This document shows positions 9,244-16,270 of a DNA stretch of 31,531 bases, in pieces. Under the pieces are notes generated by a model. The model searched no databases and was not told the DNA's origin. It saw nothing but the letters and a program-made list of their open reading frames with translations. Position 1 is the first letter of the stretch; every line of letters starts with the position of its first letter. Position numbers and translations under genes: made by a program. Where the stretch lies: positions 1 to 31,531 of the IMG/VR virus record IMGVR_UViG_3300037991_000794. One strand, given 5' to 3'. Source of the DNA: a virus. Its lineage: Duplodnaviria > Caudoviricetes.

Positions 9244-9473
9244 TATTCTTCCTTCCTACTTTTAGCTTCTGCTACTTGATCTTTAAGAGACTCTAAACTA
9301 ACCAGAGAATTCACTCTCCCCTGCCTGCGGAACATTTCCTGTTCCGATGTTGCCCCCACCAGTGCCTGTAACTCCAAGGTCTTGAGGTTGTTGAGGTGCT
9401 CCGTCAGGGCCGACCATAGCTCCTTGTTGCTCGTTAGGGGCGACAACCTGATCGCCAGTTGCTTGTCCAGCAT
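9243..9473 (-). CDS. Small conserved head-module protein overlapping the portal 3' end
   Basis: 76 aa helical protein with EMFRRQGRV motif typical of the post-portal gene; RBS GGAG; stop overlaps the next ATG. Confidence 0.7.
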   Translation of the reverse strand: MLDKQLAIRLSPLTSNKELWSALTEHLNNLKTLELQALVGATSEQEMFRRQGRVNSLVSLESLKDQVAEAKSRKEE

Positions 9474-11484
9474 TTTGTGCTCCTATAATCTGTGCCATGA
9501 TTGCCGCTTCTTCAGGATCATTTAGAATTTCATCTGGATCTAAATCTAAACTGTAAGCAAGCTCACTGACAATTTTAGAGATCTTAACAAACGGAGCGAT
9601 GGCAGGGTTTTGCGCTGTCTGTAAGAACATTGTTAATCGTTGACTTCGTACTTCTTTCTGCATTAAGCTATTTGTTCCCATAGCTTTTATTTCTAGGTCG
9701 CCTTGTATATCTAATTGACCTTCAAAGAATTGCATGTTCCATTGGTAGTATGCTTCACCAAGAGGCTTGAGTAAGAAGTCATCTAAGTTTTTAACTACTG
9801 TTTTAATATTTAAAGATGCCGCACCTAAAAGCATTGACATGCCTGATGCAGTTCGTGTCATACTTTGTACGCCTGTTTGACCATGACTGTAGCTTGGAAT
9901 ACCCGTTTGCTCATCTGCAAGTTGTCGGAAGCGATCAAACATCATCATGTTTTCATTAGAAGTGTTTGGAAACTTCATGCCATAAATAGCTTGACCCGCT
10001 TGTCCTGCTTGTCTACGAAAGACTTTTCCCGGATATATCTCCATACTTTGACCGCCTACAAGAGCTGATTCGTCCACATCGAAGACGAGAGAGCCACTTA
10101 AAGCTAGGTTGTCGATAGCCATGCGAGCATGTCCATTCATAATCTGTTGAGAGTCATCCATGTTTTCTGCAACGCCAATGCCAAAGAAACTGTAGGGATT
10201 CTTTTCATATGTAAAAGCATTGTATGGAATTCTATTTGGTGTGAATGGATTTATAACTGCACGAAGAAGTTTTCCATTACTTACCCAAGCATTAATCTGT
10301 ACTTCATCAAGATCATCTACTTCTTCTGGTAACTCCATTCCTACTTCACGAGCGTACTGTGCATCCATTACACCCCAGTATTCTAATACTTCATACTGGT
10401 CTGATCCATAAGCTTGCGAGCGTCTATCATCTTTTAATTCACTTTCATAATCTTTTTCTTCGTAGTTTGGCCCCATAAGAAGACAATCACGAATAGCCTC
10501 CTTATCAAAGTAAGGCATCTTAGCTAATGCACGAAGTTGTGTTCGATTATATTTATGTCTATGGATAACATACTCGCAATCTTCTATTGTAGTTGCCGCA
10601 GGATCTGGAAAGAAATCCCAGATACTTACAAACTCAATACGTGGAACTCGAACCGAAATAGGGTCGTAGTTGCGATTACCATCTTCATCTGTGCTCCAAC
10701 GTCCAATAGTTTTATTAAAGTTGAACGGGCCTTTGATTACACCTGTTCCAAATAAAGCCGCTTCAAAGATTGCATTACGTAATTCACTTGAACCGTTAGA
10801 CTCTTCGATCTGATCGTGAATAAGCTTTTGCATATGTCTAGCCGATTCTTTAGCAGGAGAGACTTCAAGAACTTGTGGGTCTGGTGATGGCCCTTCGGAG
10901 AAAGTAATCTTGCCTTCTTCTTCTGCTTTCTTTATTTCAGCTTCGAATAAAGATTCGCCCATTGAAATAGTTGCGCCTGCTTTTAGCGCTTTGCCATCTC
11001 CTTCAAACCCTACGTCAAAAGGATTTGGTGCAGACTCCATTACCCTTTCTATTTCTGGCTCAGGTGCAGACATTTCAATACTAGACTGCATATCTATATG
11101 CTTATAAGTTGAAACACCTTCTGGAACTTTAGTTTCAACTATACCAATTGGGAATTGACCTGTACCGAATACAACATCTACAAGCTGACCAAAAGCCGCA
11201 AGTACTTTTGTTTTAGTTACTTTTACAAAGACTTTAGATTTTTCAGACTCACGGAACTTAACATGCTTAGGATATAAACCTCTAAAGTTATGATAAGCAG
11301 TAAGCCATCTTTTTTCATCCGTATCTCGTGCATTCTCAGCGTCCATAAAGCGGTCTTGAACTAATCCCACTAACTGAGAAATAACAAACTCTTCTTCTGA
11401 GTCTAAGGTATATGCTGTCTCGCCTTCTACTTTATCAAAGTAAATTTCATTGGCATTAGACATTAAAGTATTTTCTTCTTCCAT
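9298..11484 (-). CDS. Portal protein
   Basis: 728 aa; ALFGTGVIKGP, SIWDFFPDP, PYSFFGIGVAE, RTASGMSML; low-complexity Q/G tail. Confidence 0.92.
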   Translation of the reverse strand: MEEENTLMSNANEIYFDKVEGETAYTLDSEEEFVISQLVGLVQDRFMDAENARDTDEKRWLTAYHNFRGLYPKHVKFRESEKSKVFVKVTKTKVLAAFGQLVDVVFGTGQFPIGIVETKVPEGVSTYKHIDMQSSIEMSAPEPEIERVMESAPNPFDVGFEGDGKALKAGATISMGESLFEAEIKKAEEEGKITFSEGPSPDPQVLEVSPAKESARHMQKLIHDQIEESNGSSELRNAIFEAALFGTGVIKGPFNFNKTIGRWSTDEDGNRNYDPISVRVPRIEFVSIWDFFPDPAATTIEDCEYVIHRHKYNRTQLRALAKMPYFDKEAIRDCLLMGPNYEEKDYESELKDDRRSQAYGSDQYEVLEYWGVMDAQYAREVGMELPEEVDDLDEVQINAWVSNGKLLRAVINPFTPNRIPYNAFTYEKNPYSFFGIGVAENMDDSQQIMNGHARMAIDNLALSGSLVFDVDESALVGGQSMEIYPGKVFRRQAGQAGQAIYGMKFPNTSNENMMMFDRFRQLADEQTGIPSYSHGQTGVQSMTRTASGMSMLLGAASLNIKTVVKNLDDFLLKPLGEAYYQWNMQFFEGQLDIQGDLEIKAMGTNSLMQKEVRSQRLTMFLQTAQNPAIAPFVKISKIVSELAYSLDLDPDEILNDPEEAAIMAQIIGAQNAGQATGDQVVAPNEQQGAMVGPDGAPQQPQDLGVTGTGGGNIGTGNVPQAGESEFSG

Positions 11485-11497
11485 TATGGATTATCCT

Positions 11498-11914
11498 TTA
11501 TGGTAGTTCTTTGAAGATGCTTAAAGAGCCACCTTTATTATTTGCTCGTGCGCTGATTGTAGTGCCGCTTCTAGTAGTAGTAGAGTAGCTTACGTTTCCT
11601 CGTTTATCAGCGCCAAAACGTCCTACTTTTGTGTCAACGCCAAGAGAGCTACTACTATAATTCACTTTTCCTGTATTTAATTTTTCTACTCCACTCATAT
11701 GTGAAACAGTAAAAGGGCCTTTTCTTGCGGTCATGCTGAAATTTGATCCTACATTTTGCTTCTTGAAATAGTCTTTTTTACCTGTATTGGGATTAAATTC
11801 AGAACCGCCTGAACTTCCATAAGCAGATAAACTGACATCTAAATCCCCAATAGTTTTTCTACTTACTAAACTTCCTTGGTTATATTTCATTCTTTCTTTT
11901 CTTGATTTTCTCAT
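11498..11914 (-). CDS. Hypothetical basic, beta-strand-rich protein between terL and portal
   Basis: 138 aa; N-terminus MRKSRKERMKYNQGSLV. Confidence 0.6.
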   Translation of the reverse strand: MRKSRKERMKYNQGSLVSRKTIGDLDVSLSAYGSSGGSEFNPNTGKKDYFKKQNVGSNFSMTARKGPFTVSHMSGVEKLNTGKVNYSSSSLGVDTKVGRFGADKRGNVSYSTTTRSGTTISARANNKGGSLSIFKELP

Positions 11915-11916
11915 AA

Positions 11917-13581
11917 TTAATATCCAAATGTTGAGTCTATAGGGGCATAAGATTGTTCACGTTTTAGATCCCTCATTCTATCTAAGGGATTAGACATTCT
12001 AGGTCTTGACATTATTAAATAACGTAACGCATCGTATGCGTGATCAGATGCTTTAGTATCTACATCTTCTGGGTTAGATTTATCCAGAGGAATACTTTGA
12101 AGCTCTCGTATCAGGTTGGGACAATTATTAAATATCTGTAGTCGTGGTCTGCCGCTTTGAGATGACTTCAAGTATTCGTGGATTTGAATTTTTCCTTGAA
12201 TACGATTTTTATCAGCCCTTCTTAGCTTATGTCCTGCACGTTGTAGAGTCTCCCCTACCGTTGGGCCTGTCGTTCCTGTTCTAGCCCAACAAGCTGTATC
12301 AAGTACTCCTTGTACTGAAAAAGGGTCTGCTAGTTCCATGTTAGTTATTAGGTCTGCTAATTCTGTACCTAATAGATTCTTTTGATATAATTCTCTATAT
12401 ATAATAAGAGTGCCATCACTTGGATCTACTGCACCCCATACACAGGCTGATTCAGATGCGTAACCGTAATCTATTCCTTTTATACGCTCCCAAGATATTG
12501 GAATATCAAAGGGGGTGATTACATGTTCAGATTGTGTGAATTCTGTAAAGGCCGCACCTTCTGCAACATCCCAGTTTCCTTCAAGAAGTTGCTTTCGTTG
12601 GGTTGGCGGCAATGCTTTCAGCATCTGCTCATAACGTCCATCTTTAGCTAGATAAGGGTTATCATCTAATCTTGCTGGTATGAACTTGCGTGTAAGCCCG
12701 TCAGAGCCTCTGAAGGACTCATTAGGCGGAGCAGTATCTATGTACCTCTTCTTCACCCAATGCGCTCCAGTACCCCCTGGATTCGCTGTACAACGCATAT
12801 AAGGAACTATCTCAGGGTCAGTGGTTCTTAACCGTGACGCTAAGTAGTTCCATGAAAATTCTGTAGGCAGATGTGTGATCTCGTCAAAGCCAATCCATGA
12901 ATATGCTTGACCTTGGTATCTGTATACATCTGCATCTCGCTCAAGGAAGCCAAACTCTACTTTTGCTCCGCTTGGGAAGTTCCAAAGCTTTTCGACTTCT
13001 TTGTACTTTGCACCTGCAAAAGCTTTGGGGTATAACTCCCTGCTTTTGTCTATAAGCTCTCGAAGTTCTGGCATAGACCTTCTGAGTATTAATGCTCGGT
13101 GGGCAGGTCTGTGTGCATAGCGTAAAGGATCTACTAGCATTGCGTATGACTTACCACCGCCTGCCGCACCACCAAATAATACATCAGTCTCACCTGCCGC
13201 AAGGAAGTCCTCTTGTGGGCCTTCGTTTGCTTTGAATATGACATTCTCAGATGCTTCTTCACGCATTGACTTGGGCAGGGCTTCTAGCTCTTCGGGGCTA
13301 AATATGCCATCTTCTTCCAGAGCTTTATTAGTATTCTTTATAGCTTCTTTGTAGTTATCTACTTTCTTTTGAGCCGCTTTGAGTTTCTTTTGCTTTTCTC
13401 GTACTGATCGCTTAGCGGCTTGCTTAGCTTTTGTTTCTGAATGATAACTATATCCTCGGCCTTTAGAGCCTTTGGCACGACCAGACTTCTTACGTGGAGT
13501 CCCATCTTTCTTTAGTATGAACTCTCCGTTTTCATCTTTGGCATAATTATCTGGGTTTAGTTCCCAATCTTTCTTATCCAA
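11917..13581 (-). CDS. terL: Terminase large subunit with a basic N-terminal extension
   Basis: Walker A GGAAGGGKS, Walker B IGFDE, TANPGG, nuclease motifs GIDYG and DHAYDALRY. Confidence 0.95.
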   Translation of the reverse strand: MDKKDWELNPDNYAKDENGEFILKKDGTPRKKSGRAKGSKGRGYSYHSETKAKQAAKRSVREKQKKLKAAQKKVDNYKEAIKNTNKALEEDGIFSPEELEALPKSMREEASENVIFKANEGPQEDFLAAGETDVLFGGAAGGGKSYAMLVDPLRYAHRPAHRALILRRSMPELRELIDKSRELYPKAFAGAKYKEVEKLWNFPSGAKVEFGFLERDADVYRYQGQAYSWIGFDEITHLPTEFSWNYLASRLRTTDPEIVPYMRCTANPGGTGAHWVKKRYIDTAPPNESFRGSDGLTRKFIPARLDDNPYLAKDGRYEQMLKALPPTQRKQLLEGNWDVAEGAAFTEFTQSEHVITPFDIPISWERIKGIDYGYASESACVWGAVDPSDGTLIIYRELYQKNLLGTELADLITNMELADPFSVQGVLDTACWARTGTTGPTVGETLQRAGHKLRRADKNRIQGKIQIHEYLKSSQSGRPRLQIFNNCPNLIRELQSIPLDKSNPEDVDTKASDHAYDALRYLIMSRPRMSNPLDRMRDLKREQSYAPIDSTFGY

Positions 13582-13804
13582 AGTTACGAGTCTCTGCTAT
13601 CTTCTTTAGACCTGCATGGCTTAAATAACGACCTGTCATAGCCTCAAGATATAAACTACCTTCACGCAATGATATTGTACGTTCTTTAATCAGAGGTACG
13701 ACAGCCTCCAAAGCCTCAAGCTCTGAAGGTATTTCAATCAATTGGCTATTATCTTCTTCGTCTAATTTATAACCAAAGGGTATTGTGCTACTTGATCTCC
13801 TCAT
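13574..13804 (-). CDS. Small DNA-binding protein resembling the serine-recombinase 'Recombinase' domain
   Basis: IPFGY...E...SLRE...LSHAGLKKI pattern. Confidence 0.6.
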   Translation of the reverse strand: MRRSSSTIPFGYKLDEEDNSQLIEIPSELEALEAVVPLIKERTISLREGSLYLEAMTGRYLSHAGLKKIAETRNFG

Positions 13805-14186
13805 AGTCCCCCTCTACTACTGTTTCTTTTTTGGTGGGGAGTACAAAGATTCCACCTGTATTATTTACATTTACATCAAGTGTATCTTTTTTACCCAAAC
13901 CTACACGATCTAAAATAGTTTGTGCGGCCTGTATACGCATATTAGCTTGAGGGATAGGAGCACTACTGTCCATAACCTCTACTAGCTTCATGGCGGCTTT
14001 AGGCGCAGATTGCGCTAGAATGCCTGTAGCTATATCAAGTATCTCAGTCCTTAAAGCCTTGACTACCGCAGGATAGCTGGAGTCCGAATAGCCAGCTAAC
14101 TCTGCGGCTTTTCTGGGATCACCTCCTACGGTTGGTAAGTGTTTAAGGAATAGTTCTTGTTTTTCTGTTAATTCTTTATTCTTCAT
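13788..14186 (-). CDS. terS: Terminase small subunit
   Basis: LTEKQELFL...AAELAGYS HTH, AAQTILDRVGL; upstream of terL. Confidence 0.85.
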   Translation of the reverse strand: MKNKELTEKQELFLKHLPTVGGDPRKAAELAGYSDSSYPAVVKALRTEILDIATGILAQSAPKAAMKLVEVMDSSAPIPQANMRIQAAQTILDRVGLGKKDTLDVNVNNTGGIFVLPTKKETVVEGDYEEIK

Positions 14187-14193
14187 ATTCTAT

Positions 14194-14222
14194 ATTATAC
14201 CGCTGATTTACAGTTTTGTCAA
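14194..14222 (-). promoter_or_regulatory. Consensus sigma70 promoter for the late arm (leaderless terS mRNA predicted)
   Basis: TTGACA (14222-14217), 17 bp, TATAAT (14199-14194), 7 nt, then the terS ATG. Confidence 0.88.
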
Positions 14223-14253
14223 GCTTTTATTCCAAAAAGTTATAAATTAACTC

Positions 14254-14282
14254 TTGACAAATGCCAATCTCAACGGTATAAT
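14254..14282 (+). promoter_or_regulatory. Consensus sigma70 promoter firing into the non-coding palindrome region
   Basis: TTGACA 14254-14259, 17 bp, TATAAT 14277-14282. Confidence 0.88.
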
Positions 14283-14288
14283 AGATAT

Positions 14289-14855
14289 TAACGGCCCACC
14301 GTTATATAGCTATAGGATCCATCACTGATCCTTAATCTCCCTCTCCCCCTTTTAAGCTCTTTAAAGACTGCGGCACAAACTTGTTTACAAGTGGAATCCT
14401 GTAAAAATGTATGAGCAGTAGTATATATACCACCCCACCCCCCATGGTCACCTGCCGCCCCCTTCAAAGGTCTTTAAAAGACTTTGATGCGCAGGGGAAA
14501 GTCTCTAAAGACTTTCCAGAACTTCAAAGATCTTCCTAGATTCTATAGAATCTAGTTGCCAACTCCAGAACCTTCAAAGATTTTAAAGTTTCCTTAGAAA
14601 CTTTAAAGTTTCTTGTAAGTCTTTCAAAGACTTACAATATTAATTATATCTTCATATAATTAATGTCTAGCTCTCCAAAGCCTCCAAAGTTTTTTAGATT
14701 TCCCCGAAGGGGAATTGCCGTGAAAAGATAAAGATCTTTCAATCGCACAGGAATAGATTTTAATCTATGGCGTATGTACGAGGCTTCCAAATTTTAGGGG
14801 CTGATCAAAATTCACCCTACCTATAAAACTTTAATAATGTTTTATAGGTAGGGTG
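14289..14855. repeat. Inverted-repeat cluster with CTYYAAAG-like short repeats; probable terminus/packaging region
   Basis: IRs at 14496-14517, 14536-14555, 14582-14607, 14613-14637, 14639-14664, 14700-14714, 14753-14768 and 14813-14855; C-tract at 14430-14443. Confidence 0.75.
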
Positions 14856-14856
14856 T

Positions 14857-14954
14857 TAGTGGTTTATTTAAATTACGATTCTTAAAAAATACTTTTGAGC
14901 TAAAGCGAAAAAGGTATTTTTGAAGAATCTTTAAGTAATTTAAATAAACCACTA
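14857..14954 (+). promoter_or_regulatory. 98-nt hairpin abutting the RBS of the first early gene
   Basis: 20-bp perfect outer stem TAGTGGTTTATTTAAATTAC/GTAATTTAAATAAACCACTA, inner stems, apex GA-GC-TAAA-GC-GA. Confidence 0.8.
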
Positions 14955-14967
14955 GAGGAAAATTGCC

Positions 14968-15435
14968 ATGAAAAATTTCGCTGAAATCGATGCCAACCGA
15001 ATCGCCACTCCTAAGCAGATCTGGGCGGTTGCAAATAGATTTGCAACTATGACGAGTTCTGATAAATCAGAACGCTATGGACTGACCAAGGTCTTCAATG
15101 CTATTCTCAATAGCATTCATGGCGATTCAGCGAAGCTAACACACGCTGACATTCAAAGTTTCTTTGAATGTGAGACAGTGCCAAAGAATATTTTATCGAA
15201 GATAAAATCTAAAAAGGTTTCGAAGAAACCTGCCAAAGCTAAAAAGGTTTCGAAGAAACCCGAGCCTGAAATCGTAGATTTTGTTGAGCGAACAGCGAAG
15301 CCAGCTAAGCCGATCGCTAGAGTTCAAGAGAACTCTAACGTGAAGAAAATTAATGCACGAATAGATTCTTTAGAATCTAAAATCAGCAACATCGAAACTG
15401 GTCTTGCACAAATCTTGAACCATCTCGCAAAATAG
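14968..15435 (+). CDS. Early hypothetical protein (ATPKQ N-domain, Lys-rich linker, C-terminal coiled coil)
   Basis: RBS GAGGA; 155 aa; duplicated KKVSKKP. Confidence 0.75.
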   Translation: MKNFAEIDANRIATPKQIWAVANRFATMTSSDKSERYGLTKVFNAILNSIHGDSAKLTHADIQSFFECETVPKNILSKIKSKKVSKKPAKAKKVSKKPEPEIVDFVERTAKPAKPIARVQENSNVKKINARIDSLESKISNIETGLAQILNHLAK

Positions 15436-15451
15436 ACTGATCAAGTCTATA

Positions 15452-15480
15452 TTGACACGGATGTCGATATAGATTATAAT
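15452..15480 (+). promoter_or_regulatory. Consensus sigma70 early promoter
   Basis: TTGACA 15452-15457, 17 bp, TATAAT 15475-15480. Confidence 0.88.
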
Positions 15481-15514
15481 TAAATTTTATTAACTCACAT
15501 ACGGGATATAGATT

Positions 15515-15643
15515 ATGGAATATTTAATAGATTATATGTTATCAACTGCTGAGCTTCAGCAAGAAGATGGAACTATGTCTAATCCTTTAGACATATTGAT
15601 AGCCGTTGAAGAAGAGTTTGAAACGATTGAATGGGATATTTAA
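15515..15643 (+). CDS. 42-aa highly acidic early peptide (not in ORF track)
   Basis: MEYLIDYMLSTAELQQEDGTMSNPLDILIAVEEEFETIEWDI; its leader is nearly identical to that of the 15734 gene. Confidence 0.7.
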   Translation: MEYLIDYMLSTAELQQEDGTMSNPLDILIAVEEEFETIEWDI

Positions 15644-15733
15644 ACGGAGGTGCGATAGAACTATCCTGCTCGGCCAAATTTAGACGGCTGAGCGGGATAT
15701 AAATATAAACTTTTTACATACGGGATATAGACT

Positions 15734-15979
15734 ATGCAAATCATCACTCAAAATGTAATGAATAAATTCATGGCTGAAATAGATAAAATTGATAATCCAA
15801 AGGAAGGCGATCTTCACGTTTCTCCAAGTCTTATAATGAAGACTTGTGCTTACTATGTTGGATCTATGTGTGCTGAATACCTAGATGGTGAATGGTTATA
15901 TCAACCATACGATAGATATACTGAGTATCTAACCTACGATAAAGCTACTGAATATTTTTGTGCTGTTGATTTAGATTAA
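15734..15979 (+). CDS. Early hypothetical protein
   Basis: 81 aa, YYVG...PYDR motif, ATAGACTATG start cassette. Confidence 0.75.
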   Translation: MQIITQNVMNKFMAEIDKIDNPKEGDLHVSPSLIMKTCAYYVGSMCAEYLDGEWLYQPYDRYTEYLTYDKATEYFCAVDLD

Positions 15980-16047
15980 TATATATAAATAAATATCTTT
16001 TAAAATACATAAGAACTAAAGTGATTATGTATTTTAAAATATATTAA
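15976..16047 (+). promoter_or_regulatory. Long hairpin before the RBS of the 16064 gene
   Basis: 15-bp perfect stem 15998-16012/16025-16039, apex GA-AC-TAAA-GT-GA. Confidence 0.8.
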
Positions 16048-16063
16048 CTTTTGGAGAGCCGAT

Positions 16064-16264
16064 ATGAGCAATGAAGATAAATTAAACGCTGTTGCAAAAA
16101 TTAGATATGAACCTTTCTTTGGTGGAAGTACTATAGTTATGTCTATTGATGAAGCAAGGGATCAGTTTGGTTGTGTAATAGAAGCTTTACAAGGATATTG
16201 TGCTGATGGTGCAGTGTTCGCTATGGATGAAAATGAAACAGATATATTTATTGAATGGGAGTAA
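16064..16264 (+). CDS. Acidic early hypothetical protein
   Basis: 66 aa, RBS GGAG. Confidence 0.7.
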   Translation: MSNEDKLNAVAKIRYEPFFGGSTIVMSIDEARDQFGCVIEALQGYCADGAVFAMDENETDIFIEWE

Positions 16265-16270
16265 TAGACT

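Noticed and set aside
3004-11107. + strand and nested ORFs in the structural arm (3004, 3704, 5868, 8147, 8528, 9865-11107)
   Set aside because: Shadow frames of well-supported genes, with no RBS or recognisable motif
13574-13804. Integrase or temperate lifestyle
   Set aside because: Only a 76-aa DNA-binding-like fragment with no catalytic serine domain; no att site or repressor recognised
14460-14700. CRISPR array or mini-array
   Set aside because: The repeats are 8-18 nt, degenerate and irregularly spaced, with no constant repeat-spacer period
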